NCBI GenBank assembly: GCA_963721685.1 | Contig: CAVRJJ010000001.1 | Span: forward strand, 68,555-132,554 | Direction: 5' to 3' | From: an uncultured bacterium | GTDB taxonomy: Bacteria > Patescibacteriota > Saccharimonadia > UBA4664 > SCTI01 | DNA: 64,000 bases | Notes under the pieces: generated by a model | What the model was told of the DNA's origin: nothing | What the model saw: only the letters and a program-made list of their open reading frames with translations | Databases searched by the model: none | Shown: positions 48,471 to 58,142 of the stretch, piece by piece | How the letters are laid out: every line of letters begins with the position of its first letter | Position numbering within the stretch: the first letter of the stretch is position 1 | Position numbers and translations under genes: made by a program

Positions 48471-51379
48471 GGAGTGACAGTAAACGTATAGGTGGGTGTG
48501 CTATCACTGTCAGACTCAACCCGCCACTGATAAATTCCTACTATTCCAAACCCGCTATTGTAGGTTCGACTCGTGCTGGAAGTATTAGTTGGCGCGACGG
48601 GCGGACCGACACTTCTTGTGATTACTAGTTTGTAATTGCCGTTGCCCCCAGCCCCCCAGACAAAGGTAATAGGAGTATTAACGGGATATGTGCTTCCGTT
48701 CGGCGGGGACAGGCCCACAAACCCGCCGCCGCCAGCCACCGTTGTAACCGTTGTTTCATCTTGGCCGCTGTATAGTGCCGTGTCGGTTGCTACCGCTTTG
48801 ATGGTGTGGCTGCCGGCGGAAGGGGCATTGTAGCTAAAGGTGTAGGATGTGCTGCCATTCAGTCCTTGCGTTGAAATAACCTGATCATCGAAATAAACAG
48901 TTAAGCCATTAGCCGGATGAGTTCCGGATGAAACGTTAACAGTAATCTGAAGCGTAGAGCTTCCTGTGGCACTAACATCAACAGTGGGCTTGGCGTCACT
49001 GCAGTTGTGGATGTCATCTTTTTGGGTCGGAATCGCCCCTACACCTGAAGCGAAGCCAAGCCGCTGGGCTAAGGCGGCGATGGGCGCCTGCCAACGCGCA
49101 TAGGCCGCGTCGGTGCTGGGAATCTCGGCGTGGATTTGACCGGCCGTTACACTTTGAATTGCTGCCGGCGGCGTGCATTCGGTAGCCAGCTTCCCTGATA
49201 CTTTATCAATGTTCGCGGTCTTAACGCCGCCCGCGCTTTGGACTTTATACCAGCTTGGAAAGACATCGGTGCGGCGGTTACGGGTAGCCGGTGTAACAGC
49301 GCCGCCAGTGTCGGCATCAAGGGTAAGGGTTTGGATGCCGGGAGGGGCGGTCCAGTTGCTGGTAGTCGGGTAGTCCGCTAACGCACCTTCAACACGCTCC
49401 CTGGTTTGCCGATCGGTGTACCCAGCCATGTAGTCATGCCACAGTGGGGCGGCAATGTTGACCGCGTCAGAAGTCATCGGACGGTTGTCATTGTTGCCGG
49501 CCCACACCCCGGTAACCAAGTCGGGGGTATAGCCCATTGTCCAGGCATCCTTAAAATCGGTGGTTGTACCAGTTTTTGCAGCTACCGTCCGGCCGCTAAT
49601 TTGGAGCGGGTTGTTTGCTCCAAAGATATACTGGCGGGCTCGGGTGTCACTCATAATATTGGCCATTAAGTAAGCAATTTGGGCATCAAGCACTCGTTTT
49701 GGTTTCTTGGGTTTGCTGGTGTCCATTAGGACGCGCTGGCGGGGGTCAGTAACTTTAAGGATGGGCGTAGCTTCGTGGTGGACACCACCATTGGCAAAGC
49801 TTTCAAAAGCATTCACCATATCATTCAATTTAACCTCGCCGGAACCTAATACCAGAGTTAAGCCGTAATGGCTGGCTGGCATATTTAAGGTACTGATTCC
49901 CATAGCGTGAGCGGTTTTTAATGATTCCTCAACCCCGGCGATATATGCCATTTTAACAGCCGGAATATTCAACGAGCCCGCAAGGGACGATCGCATCGAC
50001 TGGATTCCGTAGTGGCCTCCTGAGTAGTTTCTAAAGCGCTTACCACCTCCAAAATCAGTGTCCACGTCGTAAATGGTGCTTCCTGGCCCCCAGTTCTTTT
50101 TCATAGCGGTGGCGTAGACGATGGGCTTAAAGCTGGAGCCGGGCTGGCGGTTAGCCAAGGCAACATTGAAAGCCCCGAAGTCCTTATCGTTAGGGTCGTA
50201 CGAACCCATCATAGCCAAGACCTGGCCGGTTTTAGGGTCGGCGGAAACCATGGCAACATTCGATCCTCCCGACCGGCGCACGGCCGCGATGCCGTTGGAG
50301 CCTTTTATGGCACGTTCCATTAATTTTTGTTTTTTAATGTCGAGGCTGGTAATAACCTTTAAACCTCCGCTTTCAACGGTTCGCGTACCGTATTTACCTT
50401 CCAGATATTCCTGGGCATACCGGGCAAAATGAGGAAAATCGGTTTGCTGGGTTCCGATTTGGGGGGCTGGCGCTAATCCAATTGCCGCAAAATCTTTTAT
50501 TTTGGCAGCATCGGCTTCAACCTGGGAAATGTAGTCTTGCTCGGCCATGGCATTTAGTACAAGCGCCTGGCGGAACTTTAAAGCCTCTACGTTTTGACCA
50601 TAGGGGGAATAGTAGGTCGGTAGGTTGGCCATGGCCGCGAGCATCGCTGACTGCGATAAAGTCAGTTGGGCCGAGCAATTATCTTCTTTAATGTTGGCCG
50701 GGAAAAAGGTGCGGCACGCGGCTTCTACCCCATAAGCTTGGGAGCCATAGGGTATTTCATTGAGGTAAAGCCGCAAAATATCATCTTTTTTATACAATTG
50801 ATCAATTTCAATGGAAAGGATGAGTTCTTTTATCTTGCGGGTAATAGAACGGTCGTTGGGGTCAAGCAGCGCATTTTTAACATACTGCTGGGTGATGGTT
50901 GAGCCGCCCTGGAATGTCCCCTTTTTTGTAAAATTGTAGAATGCGGCCCGCACGGTTCCATTAACACTAAATGCACCTTCTTTGTAGAAGTCTTTGTCTT
51001 CAATGGCGATCGTAGCGTTGCGCAAGTGTTTGGGCATTTGCTTAAATTCCACTAACTTGCGGTTTTTATCACCATGAAGCTCAAATATCTTGGTTTGGCC
51101 GGTACGGTCATAAAAAACCGTATTTTGGGCTCCTATCCGGGCATTAATTTTTCCTGGACTTGGCAGGTCTTTGGCAAAATAGGCGAATAACGCCACAATA
51201 CTTAAGATGCCGGCCCCAGCAATAATACCTACCCGGCGGGCGCCGTCCCTGCTAAACCAGTACCTCTTGAACAGGCTCCAAGAGGTAAAAGCTCTTAGGA
51301 ACAGCAAAATTCTGCCCTTAAAGCTGCGGTCACCGCCGCGGATTACCCTGCGGTCCCTTTTGATTCTGCGCTTAGCCAC
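48467..51379 (-). CDS. Class A penicillin-binding protein (PBP1A: GT51 transglycosylase plus transpeptidase) with C-terminal beta-rich (Ig/FN3-like) repeats
   Basis: GT51 motifs (EDKDFYKEGAFS, GGSTITQQYVKN), transpeptidase SxxK (GSSFKP), SxN and KTG (KTGTT). 970 aa, with a C-terminal extension of about 250 aa containing repeated motifs. Confidence 0.9.
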   Translation of the reverse strand: MAKRRIKRDRRVIRGGDRSFKGRILLFLRAFTSWSLFKRYWFSRDGARRVGIIAGAGILSIVALFAYFAKDLPSPGKINARIGAQNTVFYDRTGQTKIFELHGDKNRKLVEFKQMPKHLRNATIAIEDKDFYKEGAFSVNGTVRAAFYNFTKKGTFQGGSTITQQYVKNALLDPNDRSITRKIKELILSIEIDQLYKKDDILRLYLNEIPYGSQAYGVEAACRTFFPANIKEDNCSAQLTLSQSAMLAAMANLPTYYSPYGQNVEALKFRQALVLNAMAEQDYISQVEADAAKIKDFAAIGLAPAPQIGTQQTDFPHFARYAQEYLEGKYGTRTVESGGLKVITSLDIKKQKLMERAIKGSNGIAAVRRSGGSNVAMVSADPKTGQVLAMMGSYDPNDKDFGAFNVALANRQPGSSFKPIVYATAMKKNWGPGSTIYDVDTDFGGGKRFRNYSGGHYGIQSMRSSLAGSLNIPAVKMAYIAGVEESLKTAHAMGISTLNMPASHYGLTLVLGSGEVKLNDMVNAFESFANGGVHHEATPILKVTDPRQRVLMDTSKPKKPKRVLDAQIAYLMANIMSDTRARQYIFGANNPLQISGRTVAAKTGTTTDFKDAWTMGYTPDLVTGVWAGNNDNRPMTSDAVNIAAPLWHDYMAGYTDRQTRERVEGALADYPTTSNWTAPPGIQTLTLDADTGGAVTPATRNRRTDVFPSWYKVQSAGGVKTANIDKVSGKLATECTPPAAIQSVTAGQIHAEIPSTDAAYARWQAPIAALAQRLGFASGVGAIPTQKDDIHNCSDAKPTVDVSATGSSTLQITVNVSSGTHPANGLTVYFDDQVISTQGLNGSTSYTFSYNAPSAGSHTIKAVATDTALYSGQDETTVTTVAGGGGFVGLSPPNGSTYPVNTPITFVWGAGGNGNYKLVITRSVGPPVAPTNTSSTSRTYNSGFGIVGIYQWRVESDSDSTPTYTFTVTP

Positions 51380-51494
51380 GTATAGCCATCTCTAACATCA
51401 TGTGCTTCCATTATAAGTTGGCAACCCTTTTTATCCAAGTATTTTGCTTGTGCTTTCGAGCGAAGATTTCTGGTGCTGTGCTATCATACGAACC

Positions 51495-52658
51495 ATGATA
51501 GATCTGGTGTTAAGCCGAGCTAAAGACGTGGTGGTGCGGACCGAACTGGTTCGCCTGCTTAAATCCAAAAAATTACGGATTAAGCACGGCATTGACCCCA
51601 CCGGCCCCCAGCTGCACCTTGGAAGGGCGTCAACCTTGCGCCGCCTGAAAAATTTACAAGATTTAGGACACACCATAGTATTAATTGTTGGGGACTTTAC
51701 CGCTAAAATTGGTGACGCTTCCGACAAAGCTAGTGAGCGCCAACCCCTGGGTGACAGTGAGATAGCTGCTAACATGAAAGATTATAAACACCAGCTCGGC
51801 CTGGTGCTTGATATGAGCAAGGTGGAGCTTCATTACAATTCTGAGTGGCTGCAGAAACTTACGTTTGATGAACTTCTGGAGCTTACCCAGCAGTTTACGG
51901 TTGCACAAATGATCGAACGGGAAAATTACGCTATTCGATTTAAGGAGAACCGCCCTATTGGCTTGCACGAGTTTTTGTATCCCGTATTGCAAGGTTATGA
52001 CTCGGTGGCGATTAAGGCGGATGTCGAAGTAGGCGGAACCGACCAGCTTTTCAATCTTATGGCCGGCCGGACGCTGCAAAAGCATTATGGCCATAATCCG
52101 CAGCAGGTTTTAACGTTTGATTTGCTGACCGGGCCAGATGGCCGCAAGATGTCAACTTCATGGGGTAACGCGATTTATATTACTTCTGAACCAAATGATT
52201 TATATGGCCAGATAATGCGGATTAATGATGAGTTGATCGCGCAATATTACCGTATTTGCACCGATATTGCCGAAGAGGTGATTGCCGCGGCCGTAGCCGA
52301 CATTGCCGCGGGAGCCAACCCGCGCGATACCAAGGCTTCGCTCGCTCGTGAGATTGTGCGCCTTTACCACGGGGAGGACGCGGCTCTTGCCGCCGAAGAC
52401 GCCTTTAATAAGCAGTTTCGTGAAGGGTTGATACCGGACGATATTGAGGAAAAGCACGTGACTAAACTGGAGTGGGATCCAATTCTCTTACTGGTTCATC
52501 TCCAGTTAGCGGATAGTAATAGTGAAGCCCGCCGCCTGATTGAGCAAGGTGGGGTACGCTTGAATGATAAAAAAATTGATAAAACAGAATTGCACGTTAA
52601 GGATGGGGATCTTATTCAGGTGGGCAAACGTCGGTTTGCACGGCTCACGGTAGCCTAG
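51495..52658 (+). CDS. tyrS: Tyrosine--tRNA ligase
   Basis: HIGH-like GIDPTGPQLHLGRA, GGTDQLFN, KMSTS (KMSKS variant) and a C-terminal S4 domain (ARRLIEQGGVRLNDKKI). The upstream ATG at 51444 is less likely. Confidence 0.8.
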   Translation: MIDLVLSRAKDVVVRTELVRLLKSKKLRIKHGIDPTGPQLHLGRASTLRRLKNLQDLGHTIVLIVGDFTAKIGDASDKASERQPLGDSEIAANMKDYKHQLGLVLDMSKVELHYNSEWLQKLTFDELLELTQQFTVAQMIERENYAIRFKENRPIGLHEFLYPVLQGYDSVAIKADVEVGGTDQLFNLMAGRTLQKHYGHNPQQVLTFDLLTGPDGRKMSTSWGNAIYITSEPNDLYGQIMRINDELIAQYYRICTDIAEEVIAAAVADIAAGANPRDTKASLAREIVRLYHGEDAALAAEDAFNKQFREGLIPDDIEEKHVTKLEWDPILLLVHLQLADSNSEARRLIEQGGVRLNDKKIDKTELHVKDGDLIQVGKRRFARLTVA

Positions 52659-52660
52659 CC

Positions 52661-54700
52661 GTGATAAATCTTGATGTGCGGGTTGAAACCCTTAAAGGTG
52701 TTGGTGTGGCAATGGCAATTAAGCTGGAGCGGCTTGGCATCTTAACTGTTGGTGATTTAATTAATCACTACCCTAGGCGCTACGTCGACTTTTCGCAAAT
52801 TATTCCCATCCGCTCCATGAAGCCAGGGCTGGTGACCTTTAAGGGAAGCGTAGAGCGAATTGCCAGCCGCCGGGTTCGCGGGCGCAAGCTGCAGCTAACC
52901 GAAGCCATCATCAGCGACGGCACCGGCACCGTAAAGGCCATATGGTTCAATCAGTCTTTTCTTGCCACGCAGTATCCCGCCGGAACCGAGGTGTTTGTGG
53001 CGGGAAAAGTTGAATTTCGCAATAGCGACCTCGCGCTGCAAAGCCCGGCAATTGAAAAAGCCGAGGTCGGCAATCGACACACCGGCAGGATTGTGCCGGT
53101 ATATCCGGAAACCGAAGGTTTAAGTTCTCGCCAATTGCGTAATATTATTGCCCCCCTGTTATCGCGGCTTGATGGTTTACCCGAAACCCTGCCAGACAGT
53201 ATTATGGCCGAGGCTAAGCTGATGTCGCGCAGTCAGGCATTGGCTGAGATTCATACACCCACTACGGCCAGTAGTTTACAACGGGCACGCCACCGGATGG
53301 CTTTTGAAGAGTTGTTTTATATTATAGGAGCCAGTTTGACAATTCGGAAAGAAACCAAAACCGAGTCGGCGCAACCAATTAGTTTAAAGGTTGAGGTTGC
53401 CCAGGCTTTTACCAAAGCTCTAGACTTTGAGCTCACCAACGCCCAGCGCGCGGCGGCCTGGCAAATTTTACAAGACATGCAGGATGTAACACCCATGAAC
53501 CGCTTGCTGGAAGGTGACGTGGGTAGTGGAAAGACAGTTGTGGCTTTGCTGGCTGCTGTCATGGTAATGGCATCCGGCCATCAGGCGGTTTTGATGGTGC
53601 CAACCGATATCCTAGCCCGGCAACATGCCGCCACTATTGAGCCGCTATTAGCAAAGCTTGGTTATTCTACAAGTCTGGTATTGGCGCGCCATCCAGCCTC
53701 GATGAAGCAAGCGGCGGAGACTGCAATTAAAAGGGGAAGCGCGCAATTTGTAATTGGTACCCACGCGCTGCTAAGCGAACGTATTCAATTTGCCAGGTTG
53801 GGTCTCGTAATTGTCGACGAACAGCATCGCTTTGGCGTTGAGCAACGACAACTGTTGAAGAAAAAAGCCGGTCGTTTGCCTCATTTGCTAAGCATGACCG
53901 CGACCCCGATTCCCCGCAGCCTGGCTCTAACCGTCTATGGGGACTTGGACATTTCGTTGATAGATGGGTTGCCGCCGCATCGGCAACCCATTGCTACGCG
54001 CATCCTGAAACCACAGGATCGCACGGCGGCTTACGGTTTTATTGACACGGAAATCGCAAAAGGGCGCCAAGCTTTTGTGGTCTGCCCATTAATTGAAGAC
54101 TCGGATACACTAGGAACTAAGAGTGTAACCGCTGAAGCTGAGCGGTTACAGGCCGGGGCGTTTAAGCATCGGCGCATCGGGGTGGTGCACGGCAAGCAAA
54201 AGCCCGGGGAGCGCGACGAGGTTATGCGGTTATTGGTAGAAGGTAACCTTGATATCCTTGTGGCCACCAGCGTAATTGAAGTTGGAATTGATATTCCTAA
54301 CGCCAGTATTATGCTGATTGAAGGGGCGGAACGGTTTGGTTTAGCAGCCCTGCACCAATTGCGCGGCCGGGTTGGGCGCGGCGAGCACCATTCATACTGT
54401 TTTATTGCCAGTGACTCTAGCGCCCCCGGTGTCATGCAACGCTTGCAGGCTCTGGAAAGAACGAATGACGGTTTTCGGTTGGCGCAAATCGACTTGGAGC
54501 TGCGCGGCCCCGGACAAGTCTACGGACGCCGCCAGCACGGCATGCTTGAGCTGCAAATGGCCGACTTAGGGGATACGCGCTTGATCGCCGCGGTGCGCAA
54601 GGCGGCTGAACGGTTTGTGGGCGATCCTGAGGCCATGCTACAATACCCTCAAGTTATGGCACGAGTTAACAGGTTGAAAAGCCTGACCTCGTTAGACTAA
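52661..54700 (+). CDS. recG: ATP-dependent DNA helicase RecG (GTG start)
   Basis: Wedge/OB domain, Walker A GDVGSGKT, DEQHRFGV (DEAH box variant), TATPIPRS and a helicase C-terminal domain. Confidence 0.9.
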   Translation: MINLDVRVETLKGVGVAMAIKLERLGILTVGDLINHYPRRYVDFSQIIPIRSMKPGLVTFKGSVERIASRRVRGRKLQLTEAIISDGTGTVKAIWFNQSFLATQYPAGTEVFVAGKVEFRNSDLALQSPAIEKAEVGNRHTGRIVPVYPETEGLSSRQLRNIIAPLLSRLDGLPETLPDSIMAEAKLMSRSQALAEIHTPTTASSLQRARHRMAFEELFYIIGASLTIRKETKTESAQPISLKVEVAQAFTKALDFELTNAQRAAAWQILQDMQDVTPMNRLLEGDVGSGKTVVALLAAVMVMASGHQAVLMVPTDILARQHAATIEPLLAKLGYSTSLVLARHPASMKQAAETAIKRGSAQFVIGTHALLSERIQFARLGLVIVDEQHRFGVEQRQLLKKKAGRLPHLLSMTATPIPRSLALTVYGDLDISLIDGLPPHRQPIATRILKPQDRTAAYGFIDTEIAKGRQAFVVCPLIEDSDTLGTKSVTAEAERLQAGAFKHRRIGVVHGKQKPGERDEVMRLLVEGNLDILVATSVIEVGIDIPNASIMLIEGAERFGLAALHQLRGRVGRGEHHSYCFIASDSSAPGVMQRLQALERTNDGFRLAQIDLELRGPGQVYGRRQHGMLELQMADLGDTRLIAAVRKAAERFVGDPEAMLQYPQVMARVNRLKSLTSLD

Positions 54701-54725
54701 ATCAAGCAAGGAGACCACGAGTTTC

Positions 54726-55562
54726 ATGTACTCAGGCTTTATTACGTCAAAACGGATCGTCCCGGCGGTCGGGGTGCATCAGCGTTTTGATGTTGCGGCA
54801 TATCGTATGATCGCTTCGTATTTTGCGGAGGATACGTTTCCGTCGTTAAAGCAACTTATGCATTTTGAGGGGATGAACGGTCCGGATGGCTTGAAGGTTA
54901 AATCGCCAGGGCATCATGAGCCCGGCCATCTCTATAACCCTGAAACCGGAGGAGGTGACATCCCTCGCCTAATAACCGACCATTATCGCCAATTAGTTGA
55001 GTCCCTGCGTACCAAAGATTTGGTACGGGCCGGTTTCGACGCCGCCTGGCTGGCGCACTATATTTGTGATGGTTTAACCCCGGCCCACCATTTTCCGCTT
55101 GACGCAGACATGGCAAAACAGTCAGAACATTCAAAGCGCATTCCCAGACGCTATAAATACACGGTGATTGTTCCCGGCATAAATGTTATTGATACTATCC
55201 GGCGCAGCTGGGCAATTTGGGGCGGCAAGGGACTGCTTACCACCCACTTTAATTTTGAGGTTGGGGTAGCGGCTGCCTTGGTGGGCTTTCGCTTAAAGGC
55301 CCCCCTCGATCATGATCGCTTAGCCAAGGCGCGTAGCTCGGGGCTTCTGCCGTTTTTTACGGAGGAAGCAAAGTCGGTCGCAACGCTTGAGATGTATGAA
55401 ACATTTTATCTCTCGGGTTGGAACGCAGAGCTTGCCCAGATGGTTAAGCATCGTTTAGCACCTCAGATTACCCAAACCATCGCCATTGCCTGGCTGCTTG
55501 CCTATTTGGAGGCGGGCCTTGAGTCAGCTAAATTGGCCCAACAAAAGACGAAAAAGCGCTAA
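54726..55562 (+). CDS. Zinc-dependent phospholipase C / P1-nuclease-superfamily-like protein (tentative)
   Basis: LAHYICDGLTPAHH resembles the PLC zinc-ligand motif (L-H-Y-x-G-D-x-x-x-P-x-H). The rest is not recognised. Confidence 0.35.
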   Translation: MYSGFITSKRIVPAVGVHQRFDVAAYRMIASYFAEDTFPSLKQLMHFEGMNGPDGLKVKSPGHHEPGHLYNPETGGGDIPRLITDHYRQLVESLRTKDLVRAGFDAAWLAHYICDGLTPAHHFPLDADMAKQSEHSKRIPRRYKYTVIVPGINVIDTIRRSWAIWGGKGLLTTHFNFEVGVAAALVGFRLKAPLDHDRLAKARSSGLLPFFTEEAKSVATLEMYETFYLSGWNAELAQMVKHRLAPQITQTIAIAWLLAYLEAGLESAKLAQQKTKKR

Positions 55563-56098
55563 TGCGCGTTGTATCTGGTGTTTATGGCGGCCGAATTATC
55601 GCGGCACCCAAGCATGCGGGCACTCGCCCGATGACCGATAAGGTCCGTGCAGCCTTATTTGATGGGCTCGGTGCTATTGCTAATGCCAGTGTGTTAGATG
55701 TCTATGCCGGGAGTGGTGCCATTGGTTTTGAGGCGTTAAGCCGGGGGGCGAGCGACGTCCAAGCGATTGAGCAGGCGCGGTCGGCAATTAAAACTATTCA
55801 AGCAAACCAGGCGGCGCTAGGACTTAGCTGGGGCTATACGCTTCATCAAATGACAGCGGAGGCTTGGCTAGCCCATCCAACCGACCAGCTCTTTGACCTT
55901 ATCGTAGCCGACCCGCCATATGAGCGGATTAAGCCCGATATTTTAGAAAAACTGGGCACGCTGCTTAAATCTGAAGGGATTATGGTTGTGTCCCATAGTT
56001 CTCGCCTAGGTGGATTTGACCTTGAGGGCCTTGTTCAGGAGGGAACTAAGGTCTACGGGGACACCCAACTTAGCTCCTACCACGTTACCAGGCGCTAG
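55562..56098 (+). CDS. rsmD: 16S rRNA (guanine966-N2)-methyltransferase RsmD
   Basis: VLDVYAGSGAIGFEALSRGA (SAM binding) and the DPPY motif (IVADPPY). Confidence 0.8.
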   Translation: MRVVSGVYGGRIIAAPKHAGTRPMTDKVRAALFDGLGAIANASVLDVYAGSGAIGFEALSRGASDVQAIEQARSAIKTIQANQAALGLSWGYTLHQMTAEAWLAHPTDQLFDLIVADPPYERIKPDILEKLGTLLKSEGIMVVSHSSRLGGFDLEGLVQEGTKVYGDTQLSSYHVTRR

Positions 56099-56150
56099 GA
56101 CGGGCGCTTAAAGTACGCTAGTATAATGTACGTCCCTCAAAGCCAAGCGC

Positions 56151-56237
56151 GGGCGAGTGGTGAAATGGTAGACACGCCAGCCTTAGGAGCTGGTAGGGGA
56201 AACCCTGTGGAGGTTCAAGTCCTCTCTCGCCCACCAA
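56151..56237 (+). tRNA. tRNA-Leu (anticodon TAG)
   Basis: GGGCGAG acceptor, anticodon stem CCAGC/GCTGG, loop CTTAGGA, long variable arm, T-loop GGTTCAAGTCC, encoded CCA. Confidence 0.85.
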
Positions 56238-56252
56238 AAAAAGGTCAAATTC

Positions 56253-56915
56253 TTAGGCTTTTTCAAATATACTGTCTTCGAGGGCAGTCACAGTTGCAAG
56301 AATATAATCAAGCTCTTCGACGGTAATTGTGGTAGGTGAGTTATGCCTTATGTCTAGCGCAATAGTTCTCGCTAATTCTCTTGCCCGAGCAACCTGATCG
56401 CTCAAATCTTGATCATTGTTTTCCGTGGGCGTAGAACCTTCTACAGAGTCAAATAAAACTTCCTTCATTCTTTCCACGCACAACCTCGCTACATCAAGAA
56501 GGTCTTGGGTAATGTTTTCAGGCGCTTTTTCAAGTGTTTCATCAATTTCTTTTAAAATGCCCGCGGCGGTTTCGCTGACCCATCCCGCTTTTCCATTTAT
56601 TTCACGAATTCTAACGCGTTCGGCCTGACGCGCGGCTTCAGCTTCTCTAACCTTAAGCTCATGCAGAGCAAGTTCTTCGGCAGTGAGCGGCTTGGTGTTC
56701 ATTAGGATCTTTTGGGCTGGGGTTGGTTCCTCACCTACTACGTGATGTCCGCCAATTGATCCGTTTGCAAGCGGAACACTAGGTTCATCGTCTGGGTGGG
56801 CATCAATGCCTGGATCAGCTCCCAGCTCATCTAACTCCTCGTTTGTAAGCAGTTCGGGTGGGTTCTTCCTTATTTCATGATCAGAAGGCCCGCCTCTTCC
56901 TCTTTCGATATCCAT
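56253..56915 (-). CDS. Hypothetical acidic protein (220 aa)
   Basis: Minus-strand ORF rich in Glu/Asp and predicted coiled coil. No recognisable family. Confidence 0.4.
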   Translation of the reverse strand: MDIERGRGGPSDHEIRKNPPELLTNEELDELGADPGIDAHPDDEPSVPLANGSIGGHHVVGEEPTPAQKILMNTKPLTAEELALHELKVREAEAARQAERVRIREINGKAGWVSETAAGILKEIDETLEKAPENITQDLLDVARLCVERMKEVLFDSVEGSTPTENNDQDLSDQVARARELARTIALDIRHNSPTTITVEELDYILATVTALEDSIFEKA

Positions 56916-56990
56916 AGAAATATCCTCATCTATAAATTTAATGCTAGCACAACCAATGCTATAATAACCATAAGCCTAATAAAAACCCTT

Positions 56991-57551
56991 ATGGATATTC
57001 AATACCCTAAACCAAAACCCCGCTCAAAGGTTGCAAAAATCAAATTCCTCAAGCGGTCAGCTGCCGGCAAAGCCAGTCATCACAAACGGCGAATTCGCGC
57101 GCACGCAAAGCGTAATTTGATACTCGCTGCGTTACTACTGGTAGTGGGGCTGGGACTTAGCTCAACCTATATTTTACGCTCGCTCGAGCTCATGGCGCCC
57201 GCCGGTAATGATCCGCACCTCCAAACCTACATCCGTGCAGCCCAAGCCGCTTCCTACCAGCAACGGGAAAGCTCAAAAGCGCCCGATCAAATTGGCGTGG
57301 CGTCGTGGTATGCATTAGGATTGCGCAGCCCGGACGCCTTAACCTGCGCCTCAACGAAATTTCCGCGCGGAACGTATCTGCATGTTAAAGACTTACGTAA
57401 TGGGAGGGAGGTGGTCTGTTTGGTTAACGACTACGGCCCCACACCCGGTACGAAGCGGGTTATTGACCTTTCGCGGGGCAGCTATAGTCACCTGGAAGGC
57501 CTGGGGTCGGGAACGATGCCGGTTGAGATACGGCGGGTGGAAAAGCCATAA
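56991..57551 (+). CDS. RlpA-like double-psi beta-barrel (DPBB) protein, membrane-anchored
   Basis: TM anchor then VASWYALGLRSPDALTCASTKFPRGTYLHVKDLRNGREVVCLVNDYGP (the RlpA/expansin DPBB signature). The start at 56991 avoids overlap with the minus-strand gene. Confidence 0.7.
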   Translation: MDIQYPKPKPRSKVAKIKFLKRSAAGKASHHKRRIRAHAKRNLILAALLLVVGLGLSSTYILRSLELMAPAGNDPHLQTYIRAAQAASYQQRESSKAPDQIGVASWYALGLRSPDALTCASTKFPRGTYLHVKDLRNGREVVCLVNDYGPTPGTKRVIDLSRGSYSHLEGLGSGTMPVEIRRVEKP

Positions 57552-57559
57552 CCGGTGTA

Positions 57560-57588
57560 TTGTAATTTACATATAAATATGTTATTAT
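57560..57588 (+). promoter_or_regulatory. Sigma-70-type promoter (TTGTAA-17 nt-TATTAT) immediately upstream of GC-rich islet D
   Basis: -35 at 57560-65 and -10 at 57583-88 in an AT-rich tract. The GC-rich ORF starts 64 nt downstream. Confidence 0.4.
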
Positions 57589-57651
57589 ATTGCAGTTCGA
57601 GGTGAACTTTTTCGCCTTGGGCTCAGTCCCACTCAACTACCGGGGGTACCT

Positions 57652-58083
57652 ATGGGAAAAGCATCGGCTCTTGACCAACGCGGATCCAACTGGGAGATCA
57701 CGAACGGAGGCCTCACGCTGGTCCTCAACGACTGCTTCGTGTTCACACGTAGCCCACGCCTTCGTGGGGTAGGCAACACCAAGGGCTCAGTTCTGAGCAG
57801 GCTCAACGCCCAGCTGCACGCGCTCATCGCGCGCGGCATGTGGGGGCAGGTTGACTTCATGCTCGGATCAAGCCAGCTGGTAGCCCAGTTGTGGATGCGC
57901 TGGGACCTCCAGTCGCGCCATCTGCAGGTAAGTGAAACCGTCCGTCTTCCGGGCCACCCGGTTCCGCTTGTCTGCGTGCGTTTCGAGCAGTTGGCCGAAC
58001 CGGGCTGTTTGCTCCTCGCTCCGGGAGTCGGGCAAGGTGATGAGCTCGCGTTCATCAACTCCCTGGGCTACCGCATCAGCTGA
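57652..58083 (+). CDS. Hypothetical protein (143 aa) in GC-rich islet D
   Basis: MGKASALDQRGSNWEITNGGLTLVLNDCFVF...AQLWMRWDLQSRHLQ...GDELAFINSLGYRIS. About 60% or more GC with CTG/GGC/CGC-biased codons. No family recognised. Confidence 0.45.
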   Translation: MGKASALDQRGSNWEITNGGLTLVLNDCFVFTRSPRLRGVGNTKGSVLSRLNAQLHALIARGMWGQVDFMLGSSQLVAQLWMRWDLQSRHLQVSETVRLPGHPVPLVCVRFEQLAEPGCLLLAPGVGQGDELAFINSLGYRIS

Positions 58084-58142
58084 GCTTCGGCTCGAGTGGG
58101 ACAACGGGGGAGGCAAGCGCCTCTCCCGTCCACTGCACTTAT

